A DNA stretch of 63,340 bases, the filler included, from Cercozoa sp. M6MM (lineage: Eukaryota > Protista > Endomyxa: Ascetosporea), in NCBI GenBank assembly GCA_040357565.1. It is 12 parts of 12 records of this genome, joined end to end, with 100 filler letters (N's around TTAATTAATTAA, not from the genome) between each part and the next. Parts side by side here need not be neighbours in the genome. Positions count along the whole stretch, not along the records: positions 47,019 to 50,965 come from JBDODJ010001267.1; positions 51,066 to 61,656 come from JBDODJ010000434.1; 10 more parts are not named here. One strand, given 5' to 3'. Both the position numbers and the translations under genes were made by a program. Shown piece by piece: positions 48,562 through 61,756 of this stretch. How positions within the stretch are numbered: the stretch's first letter is position 1; each line of letters starts with the position of its first letter. The notes under the pieces are model-generated. The model worked only from the letters and a program-made list of their open reading frames with translations. It made no database searches and was not told the origin of the DNA.

Positions 48562-50915
48562 AGAAGATTGGCGCCGGCACTCTCATCGGTGAGCAGCATC
48601 AGCAGCACGCGCGTCTTGTTCGACGACGTCACGTTGCGGAACGAAGCTACCCGTTACACACACAAATACATATATATATATACACAAATAAAAAAAAAAA
48701 AATATATATATACATAGACATATAAATATGGGTTGAACGGAGGGCCTACACAGCGCCTGACTCATGTCACGCCGGTTGGTACAGTGCAGCACGCCGCGCA
48801 CGCTGAACTCACGCAGCACCGAGTCGACGACGCTGAGTGTGCCCTTGAAGGACGAGAACACCACCACCTTGCTGCTCTCGTCCTTCGCCAGCACCTGCGC
48901 TATCTTGCGGCACGTCGCTGCCACCTGAGGGAAGGGCATCGGGGAAAGTATAAAGGGTGGGCTGGGGGGGGGGGGGGGTATAAAGCAACCTTCGTGCCGC
49001 GCGCTGAGCTGAGCGCCGTGTAGGTGCTGTCGTGCAGTGCCAGTGACAGCAGCGACTTTTCGTGTCCGTACGCTGTCTCTGCCGGCATTATCAATATGTT
49101 TATCCATTTATATATATATATATAATACAAGTATAGCTAAAAAATAGAATCCCTATGTATAATTATTACTTGTATATATAGTATCTCTAGTATCTTTGTA
49201 TATATATAGTATCTATACTACCTATATACAAAGATAACCTGTATTTATGCTATAGATACTATATATATATATGCATATGTATATTTGTATACCTATATAT
49301 ACACCATCTATATATATATATATCTACAATAGACAGGCACTTCCTACCAGCAGCGATACGACCGCCGAGTTGCTCCACGATGCGGCAGTGTCGCTGCAGT
49401 TCTGCCGACCTGTTGTGTGTCAAAGGGAGGGTAGTAGATAGGTAGGTGATGACAGACACACAGACATATACATATATATACATATATAGAAAGAGGTAAA
49501 GGGGGCACACCTGGCAGCATTGTCGTCCAGCGAGCGCTGCGTCTGCAAATCGTTCGGCTGCCGCGCCAGCAGCGACTGCAAGATTTGCTACACTCACACA
49601 GAGACACGTGTCCACTCACTCACTCAGTCAGACACATGCCCAGTCAGACACGTGCCAGTCAGACACGTGCCCACCCAGGGAGGGGGGTATGTACCCGTTC
49701 GCGACCAAGCAGAGCGACCTGACCTTGGAGCAGTCGCTGCGTGGCACGTGCCACCGCCTGCCACTCGGGCGTCACACTGAGTCAGGTCACACGTGCCACT
49801 CCAGCCAACACGTGCCACTCAGTCCGTCAGTCAGAGTCACGTGTACCGATAGCCGGCGTCACGTGCCACGAAAGCGCTCACTCGCTGCTGCATCGGCGTC
49901 GTCGACTGACACGGGGGGGTAAACAGGGGGGTAAACGGGGAGGGGGTACATGGGGGGGGGTAAACAGGGGGGTAAGGACTATACAGCAAAGAAGGCCTCC
50001 TGATCCAAACGCTGCACGAAACTCGGGTCCGACAAAAAGGCTGCCAACAGGGGGGGGGGGTAAGGGGTAGGGGTAGGGGTAAGGGTAAGGGGTAAGAGGT
50101 AGGGGGTAAGAGGTAGGGGGTAAGAGGTAGGGGGTAAGGGGTAGGGAGGTAAGATACCCGAGGCCAGCGACGGGTGCACGCGCGACAGTGCCGCAAACAG
50201 GTCCTGCTCCGTCGGCGACAAGGCCGCGTCGACGTACTCCTCCTCGTACGACGGCTGGTAGTTCTCCACGCCTACCGAAGGAAGGTTGGGGGTAAGAGGT
50301 AGAAGGGTAGGGGTAGGGGTAGAGGGGTAGGGGTAGAGGGTAGGGGTAGAGGGTAGGGGTAGGGGTAGAGGTGGAAGGGGGTAAACCGATCGAGTAGGTC
50401 GTGTTGCGACGCAGCAAGAAACGCTCGAAAATCAGCGCCAGCCAGTCACGGTAGGCCTAGGGTGGGGGAGGGGTAAGGGTAGTAAATAGGAGGGTGTGCG
50501 AATAGGAAGGTGAACGGGGGGAGGGGAGGGGAGGGGGGTAAAGAGGCACACCTGCACGGCAATGACGCCGTCGCCGAAACTGCAGAGGTCGATGAGCGAG
50601 TAAGCGCGGCCGCCGCGCAGCGGCGAGAAGCGGCACTGCTGCAACGGCGTGCCGCCCAGCGACATGCGCAAGAAGCGCACGTAGTTGTAGGCTACAACAC
50701 ATGTTATGTGTGACCCCCTTAACCAAATACACCCTTAACCAAATACACCCTTAGCAAAACAAATACACCCTTAACCAAATACACCTTTAACCAAATACAC
50801 CCTTAACCAAATACACCTTTAACCAAATACACCCTGAATTAAAAAAGACACAACGTACTCTGGCGGTGATGCACGTCACTGAACGGCTACACCAGCACAG
50901 CAGTCAGTTTAAGCC
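48002..50915 (-). CDS. SNF2-family helicase-like protein, C-terminal part (5' partial)
   Basis: HELICc motifs: SKVVVFSSFKGTLSVVDSVL, RVLLMLLTDESAGANL..ASH, EMQAIGRALRQ; last exon KKKVPPMLVRIVTAADT..KGQGRS-stop. Confidence 0.8.
50716..50834 (+). repeat. Intronic 16-bp minisatellite (CCCTTAACCAAATACA), about 7 copies
   Basis: Seen directly. Confidence 0.9.
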
Positions 50916-51065
50916 TTCTTGGGGGGGGGGGGGGGGGGGCGGGGGGGGGGGGGGGGGGGGGGGGGNNNNNNNNNNNNNNNNNNNNNNNNNNNNNNNNNNN
51001 NNNNNNNNNTTAATTAATTAANNNNNNNNNNNNNNNNNNNNNNNNNNNNNNNNNNNNNNNNNNNN

Positions 51066-51149
<84 letters not shown>

Positions 51150-51181
51150 GTGTTAATCTGCTTGTGTCTCTCCTTGGGCAG

Positions 51182-51742
51182 GAAAGCACGATCAACGTGA
51201 GTGCGCAAACGAGGCGTGCCGTGCCTAACACGATGCTTAAAACGTTTGGCGAAGAGGCCTGGGCAGAGGCTGGTACCCTGTAGTCACTTTTTGGCTGTCT
51301 ATATGTGTATGTGTGTAAGTGTGTATGTTTGCATGCATAGTGGAGCAAGTGCAACAAGTCCTGCAGCAGACTCCGTTCGAGTCCCCGGCCGCCGATGTCT
51401 CTGCTGCTGCTGTCATGCCAAAGTTGGGTAAACAGCTTAACTTTTCGGTTTTCATTCAACATCCGTCAGTGCGTACACAGAGAAGGACGACAGGATGCTG
51501 AACGATGCGGCGGTTGCAGTCTTCAGGAGTCTGCTCGATGAGGCGGAAGAACTCGTCGCCACGAACTCTTTGGTCCTTTCTGCCATTGCGACTGTCGCTC
51601 GCAACTGAGTCACATGTCTGTGTCTGTGTTTGTGTAGCACCCGTTCGTCGCCAGTCCCGAGTTCCTGGACTTCGATGAGCGGCGCTGCCAAGCCATTCAG
51701 CGCGACATTGAGCTGCTCGCTGAGCTCACGAACGCGTCGTGA
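51182..51742 (+). CDS. RGS-domain protein, C-terminal exons
   Basis: STINVSAQTRRAV..VFRSLLDEAEELVATNSL|HPFVASPEF fits the RGS C-terminal pattern (INIS..R; F...E..L..NS..F..S..F). Confidence 0.6.
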
Positions 51743-52121
51743 TCATCTGCGAGAGTCGTGCTGCGGAGTGTAGTCTGTCGTGCACCCACGCCCTGCTGCA
51801 CTCGCGCCCAGGCTGTCATCGATATATGTATTTATTTTAGACGATTTATGTATTTATTTTAGACGATACTATACCACTAGCCATTGTCCACTATTTCCGA
51901 GTCCATGCGGTGCACGACAACCGCAGACGAGCAGCACAAGATATCCAAAAGAATCAGACTCATGCAAACCAGGGCAGACGGTTTCTTAGGATTGAACTAA
52001 AACTACGACACCGATTTTATTCGATTGAAAAGGGGCTCCAACCCGAAAGCAAGCAATCAAATCTCCTCTGCTGTCCTGTACAGCATAGTTAGAGCAGATC
52101 AGACGTTTGAACGAACCTAGT

Positions 52122-54011
52122 ATGAGTGGCGACTCCGTGGACAGCGTAGGTGGCGCTTTAGCGCTGGCTGTGTTGGGAAATGCATGTGTTTTGGGGTTGC
52201 TATGTTTAGATAGGCTGTGTTGCTATGTTTAGATGCCGCGAAACTTTCGGCGCGGACGTCGTCTTTCCGTTTCTGCAGAGGTTCTCGTGCTCGATCATGT
52301 CTCGAGAGGTGATGTGTGTGTCTGTTGCAGGTGGTCACTCGTGACATGATGGAGCAAGCTGAGCGCAACATTGCGGATTTCCTCGACAATGAAAATCGCG
52401 GCTCCAACAGAATCGACGAAGAGGAGCGCCGACGCATCGAAATTGTAGTTTTTCCCCGGGGAAACCTTAAACACACACAACACTCTGCTGTAGGAGTTAT
52501 CGTCGCTGTTCATGTTCGCGTCGCTGTCGGAAAGCGAACTGAACGCCGTGATTCGCGCGATGACTCTTCGAGCAGTCTCCGCGGGTGAACGCGTGATCAC
52601 ACAAGGTGATGATGGCGACTACTTCTACGGTACGGTTGTCTCCTCTTTGACTATGCTCCGCTCCGCACAGACACAACAAGAGAAATTCATTTTTTTTTTG
52701 TTTTTGACTGTCACAGTTGTTAAGTCGGGGACCTTTGTCGCCGATATCGATGGAAACGTAGTTTGAAACAAAGAGAAAGTACTTGTTTGGAATGTGAATC
52801 TCTGCACTTGTAGCAAGTGAAACGATACGACAACGGCGGCTATTTCGGCGAGTTGGCACTGTTGCATTGCGCGCCTCGTGCTGCCTCTGTCACTGCGTGC
52901 ACTGATGTAAAAATCCTCCTTTTTTTCTAAAAACTTGCCCTTGTTTTCTGGTCTACGTTCTGATCGGAACAGGGCGAATTGTGGGCACTCGACCGACGCA
53001 GTTTCCGGTGCGTGTGTTGTTCCAGCAAGCTCTCTTTCGTGTTGCACTGACTAACTGTGTTCTTGCAGAGCAATTCACGTCACTAGCAACAGTCGTCGGC
53101 AGCGCACAATTGTACCTGTTGTTTCCTCAGTTTAAATTTAGACCTTTGGTTGCCTTTACCTTATGTTTCAACAGTTGGAGCTGCTGAAACGATCGCCGCT
53201 TTGCAGAGACGTTGAGGTAATTTATGCTGCAAAAGAGAGCTTGGATCCTCCAGTTGTTGCAGACATCGAAATTGCGAGAGTTGGCCGATGCAGCCGAAAT
53301 CGTCGTCTTCCGCGACGGCGATGTTGTCATTCGAAAGGGTACTTCCTTGATCTTTTCTTCAGTAAAAAAAAAGGATTTCCGTGTGCTTAGAAGAAGACTT
53401 TGGTGAATCTTCTTCCGAAACTGAGTCGATTTATGACAACGGTATTGTTTCTATTCGTATCCAGTCACTCACACACCCTCTTATGCTTGTTTTACGTGTT
53501 AGGCAAACGATTCTTCCTGGTGCAAACTGGGCGCGCTGATGTTTACCTTTCCTCCGGTAAACTCTTCTTTCTAGCTTGACAAATATTCCATTTAATCAAG
53601 AAAGGACACAAGGTACTTTAAGCACAGACACCGTGGGCGAACGTTCGCGTACCTCTAGCATCTCGAGCGGCGATTTCTTTGGCGAGCGCGCTTTTTTGCT
53701 CGACGCACCTCGTATCGATCATTTTGCAAAAAAAATCTCGCCTTTGACCCAGTGCAATACTGTTTCTTAAATGCAGGTGCAGCAACGATTGTGGCCCGTG
53801 GTCGCTTGCTGTGCGCCGCGTGGTCTGAGAATGCGTTCCGTCGCCTTTTCTGCAATCTGCCCTCTGTAAGTGACGTGTATCCCCGCCGGGACTCACAAAT
53901 ACAAAAAATTGACTCTGGGTGTGTGAACAGGTTTTGCGGCAGTTGCAGCGACGTGTGCGCTCGTATGACACCACGTTGGAGTCTGTTGCTGAACTTGACT
54001 CGGATGAGTAA
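52122..54011 (+). CDS. cAMP-dependent protein kinase regulatory subunit
   Basis: Inhibitor motif RRGRRLSVSAE; CNB-A VITQGDDGDYFY..FGELALLHCAPRAASV; CNB-B FGERAFLLDAPRAATI. Confidence 0.9.
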
Positions 54012-54387
54012 AATGACGTCGCGCGTCGGTGTAAGGCGCGCGAAGAAGCTACAGTGCTGAGAAAGGCTACTGTTGTATTTACGTAATGTACAGTACTGTA
54101 GCTGCAACTGAAGTTCCGCAGCCTGTCGGCCAGTAGCTCAACGTTTTTTGGACTGGTACAGAAACTACGTAGCTGGTTTCTTAGTAGACTGAACTACAGT
54201 AACTAACAGAGTTTTAGTATGCCAACCTCGATTAAACCGTTCTCAAAACGAAAGACAGAACTAACTAAGCTGAACTAACTGGGATGGGTGAACCGGTGAC
54301 TGAACATCACTTAGACTCCGGTACTTGACCCACATCACTCAACTGCTGAACGACCTTTCCGCTCTATTTCGTTTCAGTTCGATCATT

Positions 54388-57300
54388 TTACTCGAGCTCA
54401 AAAGCCATCGACTCGTCAAGAGCCGCAGGCTGCTGCGGCTGATACGTCTCAAACAGACGTTGCACTTCGGCAAACACCGATGCCTCGCTAAAACGGCCGT
54501 GCTTTGGCAGTGTGTCGAGTGTGCGCTGCATAAGTTGCCACAACGCCTGCAGCGACTCAGGTGCCTCACCTTCCACGAGACTAACTTGCTGCAACGCACT
54601 CAGTGCAAGGAGCAAACGGCATTGAATCACCTGTAGACAACAAAAGAAATCCAGCATCCAAAATGTACATCAGTCTGAAGGACATACATTCTCAAGCCCC
54701 GTGTCGTCAGTGCGCTTGGCAAGATCAATAACAGCGAGCAGATACCGCTCGATTAAACGATCGCGGAAACTTGCTTTCGCAGTCGGTTCTGTGGCTGCCG
54801 TGACTGCTTGCACAGACGGAGTACATAGTGGTGGGTGGGAGAGGGTGCAGACGCGTTTGGTGCAGTGTGGCTGCTGTACCCAATGACAGACGGATCAATG
54901 AGTCGCAAGTCCGCCGCAGCAGCTCGTACTGTTCCGAATCGGCATCCAGTGGAGTCATGGCTTCGAATCGCTGCAGCGCGCGTGACACAAAGGCCATTCC
55001 TTGCGAGATATCGCCGTCTTCTCGCGCGAGGAATTCCTCCGTGTGTTCATGTAGCTGCGTCAGGTCGAGTTCCTGCACTCAAATCGCATTGTACAACGGA
55101 AACACAGGAACTGGGTGGCAGGTCGACCCAGTACAGAGCATACCGAAACACTCAAAGTCGCTGCTGCACTCTGCTGGGCAGGCGACTCGTCAGTCTCCGC
55201 CATTGGCGCTGCCGAGAATGCGCGAATTCTGCGTCTCTCTGCACGCAGCACATGGCGCGCAATCAACCTTGACGCCATCGTCTAATATAACTGTGCACAC
55301 ACCAGCGCACTCTGTCGCGCACTAACTCAGAGAAACGAACTGAATGTTTGATCTCAAGTTCTCAAAAGATCACAACATCAACAGTCAACAGCTTCAGCAG
55401 GAAGCACTACTAACAGCACGGCACCATCAGTCGGGAAGAGTACCTAGCCCGCAAAATAATACAGTATGTACATTTCACAAAAGACGAGACAACTTGAGCA
55501 CGGGCAACTTTAGAAGAACTCAGAGGACATGCCGAGATCGCCGAGTCCAGCGAGGCCTATGTCATCACCGCCACCGAGACTGAGCGGATCGTTGACGCGG
55601 AAGACGTCGTCGGACTTGTCGAGAGCAGTCAGCGGCGTCGGACTGCTGTCGTTGTCGCTGCCTGGACTCGGTGTCTCGGCCAGTGTCGATATCGCCGGCT
55701 GTGTGTGCGGTTTCTTGGCGCGCGGCTGCTCTTGCGACTGCTCGTGCCGCCTTTCGCGCGGACGTTTCTTCCGGTCGGCACTGCTCTTGTTGCTGTTGCT
55801 GTTTGCCTTGTTGTTGTTGTTTGCGTTGCTGTTGCTGTTGTTGTTGTTTTGGGCATCCGGTGTGCCACCCGATGTGGGCGGTGACTGGAGGAAGCGCAGA
55901 GGCAGGAGAGAAGTAGAAGGGTAGGAGAGAGGTAGGGGGCAGGAGGGTAGTGTACCACCGACTGCAGCAACTCAACGAGCTGTCGCATGAGTCGCTCTGT
56001 ACTCCGGCGTTGCAACAGCAGTCGAATCGTCGGTTCGACACGAGCTGCCATTATCGACGCTTTCTCCTTCTGCTTGTAGAGTATAGAGAGTATGCACACA
56101 AAGGTGAACAGTCAGAAAACAAGGTGGCAGCTACGCTGTTCTCTTCAATCAGCGAATTGAATCGACGCGCCAACTCCGTGTCCTTCTGTGCGCGCATTCG
56201 CAACTGCCAGATCAGTTGCAGCTGCACACACACACACACAAGTACAAAGTAACAGAATCCACCAGCTTTTTTTGACAAGAGCAAAGCTGTGCCACACCTG
56301 CAACTGACGCTGCGCGTTCTCGCGCTGCTGATGAGCTTTTACGATTATGGCTTTCTCGATCTGCAAAAATGCAAAGTCGACGTGGGTGACAACAAGCTGC
56401 ACGTAGTCTCTGACTGAGACAACAGCCAAGCCAAGCAGGCTACCTCTTGTGCAAGCGACGGCAGCTTGAGATCATTTCGCAGGATCTGCAGCAGCTCTTG
56501 CTGTACAACACAAAATGTCACACACCCAGGGAGTGAACAACATGAATATCACGTTAAAAAATCTCTTCTGCGAACAGAAAAAGAGAAGCAAAGTACATCC
56601 GAGCACGGCGGGGAATTCGAGGTTTTGTTCGGTGCGTGAAGCACCTGCTTCAAGATCTGCTCGGCTGTCAATGGCGACGAGACGACAAACTGCGAAAAGG
56701 CTCCGTGTCGTATGAGTGGTCTGTGTCACACACACAGCATCTCAATCCAGTACCAGTTGCAGCAAAAGAGATGAAAGCCCACTGCACCGCAGATCGCGAT
56801 CGCTGTCAAGAGGCACCTCGACGCGCTGCCCTTGCACGATGCAATGCAAGGTGTCATTAGCTTTCAGCACACCTCGCGTCACGAGTTGCTGGTGAATCTG
56901 ACGCGCCTTTACTGTCTCTGTCAGGTCCAACTCGAGGTTTCCTAGCCTCTCGATCCCTACAGTTCAGGTCCGAGAAATGCAAGTAAACGGTTCAAGGCGA
57001 AAAATCCTGCAACCGCACAAAAAAGGGCGGAGAAAAAAAGGAGCTTTCGCGTACCTCGTTCGCTGTCACGAGCCAGCGGCACCTGTGTGCACCTCAGCGA
57101 CGCCAAGAGCGCCTGCACGTGCTGCTGGACATTCATGGTCACAAGCAGTCAAGTCGAAACGAGCCAATGACCGCGAGAGCACCACACGTGAAATCGCAAA
57201 AGTCCGTCCGTTAAGCGCACGCAAATCACTTGGTGACAATACAGCAGACCAGGACTTCGGATCACAAGCGTCTTCTCGTCATAATTTTTTAATTTTCTGG

Positions 57301-59449
57301 TGTTTTTCTGTCGTTCCTGTTTTCTGAGAATGACCACCCCCGTTAGTATCAACAGTGCGGTAGTCGTATCGGTACGTTTTAGCCGTTTAATGTTCGTGGT
57401 TAAGAACGCTAGAAAACCGCCTCGCCGGTTCATTCGTTTCGAGCTTAGTTTAACACACGACAATCCAGGTTCCAGCAAACATGTTCATGCTTTTCTAGTT
57501 TTCTGAAGTTCAGCGCGCAGTTTGGCGACATGGAGGCGCGCGTCCCAGTCCAGAACTGTAAGGTCGAGTTGAGACTCGATGTGCTCGTTGTCGTTAATGC
57601 CAGTTGGTAGGGACTCATCAGAGTCAGCGTTGTCATCTATGGTCAGGCTGCGCATGAGCCACTTGGCGATCACTTGGATCTGCAAGAATTATCACACAGG
57701 GTGTACAGTACAGTATATATCTACATGTATGAATACATGTCCATATATATATATATATATATATATAACCTAAAAGAGTTGGGATCAGAGTGGGATCGCA
57801 CCGAGGGATGAGCCGAGCCGGCGTATTTCACAGAGCGTTTTAGATCGGCGGTACACTTGTTGGTCTGCAGGTGGCCCTTGTCGTCAGGACATAGGCGGCC
57901 CACAGCCAGACTGAGGAAGGGCCAGGCCTTGGTGAGTGCGCCGCCACTCGGTGCTGACGGGCGCTCCTGTAGGCCAAAAGTGACGCCATCACCTGGTGCA
58001 GTGGCCACCTTGAAGGCACGCTTGCTCAAGTTGCGTGCCGTGTCGCCCTTGCCAAGTACAGCAGCTGTCAGCGAGGTCAGCAGCTGCGCGCGGACAATAC
58101 GCGTCTTGCTGACCACAAATGAACTGGTGGCGTTTCTCCCGGCGGCGGCAGACTGCGCCACTCGCTGCTGCAGTAACCGCAGCGACTCGAGCGACTCAGC
58201 ACACCGACCACTCTGCAGCAGACACAGCATGGCGACTTCGCTCGCGACATCAAAGGCCGCACTGTGCACCGAACGGGCCACATGCGAGAGCTGTTAACAT
58301 TGCCACTTTACGAAGCCCATCTTGGCCCTATCCTAGCCCTACACCCCTACACCCCCATACGACAAAAACATACATTGGCATCACGCATGCTGTCGAGACT
58401 GCGCATGGCACCACACGCTACCGAGGCGAGTTGCGACACCTCAGTTGCGCCACTCAGGTACTGCGCGCATAGCTGGCACAGCATGGTCACCTGCTGCATC
58501 AGCGTGCTTGAAGCGTCGCCACTTGAGCCAAAGTAGGCACGCACGAGACTGGCGACACCGGCGTCCAACTCTCTCGGTCCATGCGAAGTGTGTGCCTGTG
58601 CCTGTGTCTGTTCCTGTGTCTGTGACTGTGTCTGTGCCACTGCTTGAGTGTGCAAGTCGCGCAGCTCGGCCGCACGCGAGTGCGACTGCACACCGTCGCG
58701 TGTCTGCGTACTGGCCAGTGCGCCGAGGATCCGCGCGGACATGGCAGCTTGCAGCACACGTTCCACGAGGTCGCCGTCCTGTTTCGTCAGCTGTGTTCTC
58801 TCGCGAGTGCTGACAACAGCACTGATGCTTTCGAGCAGTTCGCTGCGTCGGAACACGAGTTGCGTCAGGTCGTCGCTGAGAACGCAAGCAACACGTGCAG
58901 CCAGCAGCAGCACGCGCATCGAGAACTCGCGTGTCGTCGCCTCTCCTGTGATATCATCTGCGGCAACTCGACTCGACGCGATGCGCTCGATCTGCGCAAC
59001 TAGTCGCCACAGCTCTCGTCGTCGAGTGTCGTCGCAACCCGTCGAAGCGGCGAACATCAGGTACTGCACGGCCGACTGCGGAAGCAAACGTACACAGCAC
59101 TCCAAAGAAAGCAAGCAAGCTGACCACTGAGTCGATCTTCTCAAGGTCAGCTTGAAACAACTCCTTCGACAGAGAGGCCTGCTTGTTCACGTAGAGCGCT
59201 CGCAGAAGCACTGGACACGACACGCGAAATTGCGCCTCTCGAGCCAGCGACAGTGCAAAGGCCGCGTGCTGATTCTATAAATATGCATATGTCTACATAT
59301 TATATATACAGACAGATATCGTATATATATATATATATATATTTAGAGANNNNNNNNNNNNNNNNNNNNNNNNNNNNNNNNNNNNNNNNNNNNNNNNNNN
59401 NNNNNNNNNNNNNNNNNNNNNNNNNNNNNNNNNNNNNNNNNNNNNNNNN

Positions 59450-59508
<59 letters not shown>

Positions 59509-59798
59509 CAGGTGCACCCGATACTCGTCGCAGTCGCTACAATAAGTATCAAAAACTTGCACGAGCTGAAGTCGCACGAGAATGCGGGTCTAAAGTGAGA
59601 CAAGAAAAAATGAAACTTCCCAAAGCGAACAAAAGCAAGAAGCCACACCTCCAGAGGCAAAACCTCGTCAAACCGCGCAAGAATGGCCTCCAGCGCCATC
59701 ACTGCCTCACGCACATTTCCCATCGCTGCCTGATCGACACATCTGCGAGAAGCAAGTGTCGCCAAGGTGCGCAACTCCTCGACTCGGGCTGCATTCAT
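54388..59798 (-). CDS. MAU2/SCC4-like cohesin-loader TPR protein with large insertions (tentative; could be two genes)
   Basis: The N-terminus GNVREAVMALEAILARFDEVLPLE|TRILVRLQLVQVFDTYCSDCDEYRVHL and C-terminus IDLAKRTDD..|VIQCRLLLALSALQQ resemble the ends of SCC4/MAU2 as recalled. Confidence 0.45.
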
Positions 59799-60343
59799 CC
59801 CCACGCGACCTGACAACTAAGCTCCCAGCTAGGATCGCGGGCACTGTTCCCACACACAAAAGGCAGCCAATAAAGCACAGCTAGTGTCGCTTCGTCAACA
59901 CTACAGTTCCACATGAACCCGCCAAAAACAGCATCGGCTGTGCGGTGCCGGCCAAACCACAGTTTCTCGATAACTACCGCGTAAAGTTGACTGAGATCGT
60001 AGAGCATTCCGTTTAGAGGCGCAATTGTCCAGCAGAACATTTTCATATCTCGGAGCGCTGGTCAACATAGTTTTAATGTTGTTTCAAAGCCCAGAGACGG
60101 TCTGGGCGTGTGCGTGTGTGTGTGACAATACCCATCTGCGGATACCTTTACTGTCCTTTGTCCGTCGGTTGGAGAGCAAAAAAAAGGTTGGTCAGGTCAG
60201 TGGCCTGGTAAAGTCGGTCATTCGGGCTTGGCCTGCGAATTCGCGCGTTTTGGACACCAAAAGCAGGTGCGTTTGCTGGTGCCACCAACTGTCTGAAAAA
60301 CAGTGGTCAGTATGCACATTCTCTGGTGTGTAGAAACGCTAAC

Positions 60344-61656
60344 ATGCACTCGCAAAGCAGTCAAAGCAAGAAGCGTGCGCGCGGAGGCCGCATGAACTGC
60401 ATCTGTGACTGGGCACATGAGTCTGCAGGTTTCATGATCGAATGCGAACGCTGTCGCAACTGGTGCTATTGCCTCAACTGAAGGAATTTTCAAACTGAAG
60501 AGTGAGTTTTGTGTGCTTTTAATTACGAGTTTTTAATGTTGATTGAATTTGTGAAACTTGAAACTCGAAACTTAAAGGTTCCACGGACGTTGTTTGAACA
60601 TAACGGATGCACGCACGGCACCGAAGCACTTCATGTGTCCGCGCTGTCGTCCGCAGCAGTACGTGTCGCTGAAGAAGACACTGAAAAAGAGTTCATTCAA
60701 GATGCAACAGCGTCGACGAATCATCGAGGACAGTGAGAGGTGCCTTTTGTGCTTTGACCTTAGTTGTTGTTGTACCTTTTCTGATCTTTCTTCACTCTTC
60801 TTTGTTCACCTTGCTGTAAACTTGCTTTAGCTGGTTTTAGTTTGTTTGAGCCTAGCTTTAATTTTTGCCTCAGTTCGTTTCTCTGTGTTTTAGTGCTTAA
60901 AACTTTGCTTTAACTCTGCTTTAGCCTTGCTGTATCCTTGCTTAACCTTTAAGTTTTGGCGTGTTCTGCAGTTCAAGCAGCGAGGACACGGAGAGTCTCG
61001 ACGAAAGCGACGACGACGACGACGACAACGAACGCCTGCTGGAGCAAGCGCCGCGTCGCAAAAAGTCCGTCATTGCGAAAGCGGCGGCGTTGGTCGTCAA
61101 CGCTCCGCGAAAGTCGAAAGTTGTGATTGAGCGCTCCTCGCGCATCGAGTCACCACCGATGGAAACGCGTGTGTCCAATCACCTTGTTTCCCACACTGCC
61201 TCGACCACTACCTCGACCTCGCACACTACCTCGCAAACTATCACTGCCTCGAACAGTCTTGTTCCAAACAACCATGTTGCCAACAACCCTGCTGTTTCCA
61301 CGGGCCGCTCGCAACGTCGCTCGGCGCAGAATGCGGCACTTGCGCTCAAGTATCCCCCCTACTCCCTACCCTCCCTCACCTTACCCTTCCTGTAGGGAGC
61401 AGCAGATGCGCATGCGCGTGGAGGAACAGACGGATCGCATGATGCAGCAGCGGCAGTGGCGAGCCAAGCAGTTGAAGGTAATGTTGATCCGACCCCTAAC
61501 CCTGCCTTTACCCCCCCCCCCCCTGCCCCTGTTCAGATGAAGCTGCAAAAGGAGCACAAAAAACTCGGTCATCAGCAGTTTCTGTCGCCGCATGGAGCGC
61601 CTATTGAGGTGCGTGACCCCCTGTTTATCCTTCTGTTTACCCCTCCCCCCCTCCCG
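60344..61656 (+). CDS. PHD-finger protein (partial)
   Basis: Spliced NCICDWAHESAGFMIECERCRNW|FHGRCLNITDARTAPKHFMCPRC is a C4HC3 finger. Confidence 0.88.
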
Positions 61657-61756
61657 NNNNNNNNNNNNNNNNNNNNNNNNNNNNNNNNNNNNNNNNNNNN
61701 TTAATTAATTAANNNNNNNNNNNNNNNNNNNNNNNNNNNNNNNNNNNNNNNNNNNN

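Noticed and set aside
50716-50834. Possible CRISPR-like array
   Set aside because: Head-to-tail minisatellite without unique spacers; no cas genes; eukaryotic intron.
52196-52234. Duplicated acceptor GTTGCTATGTTTAGAT in the first PKA-R intron
   Set aside because: The upstream copy is 23 nt away and out of frame; a simple local duplication.
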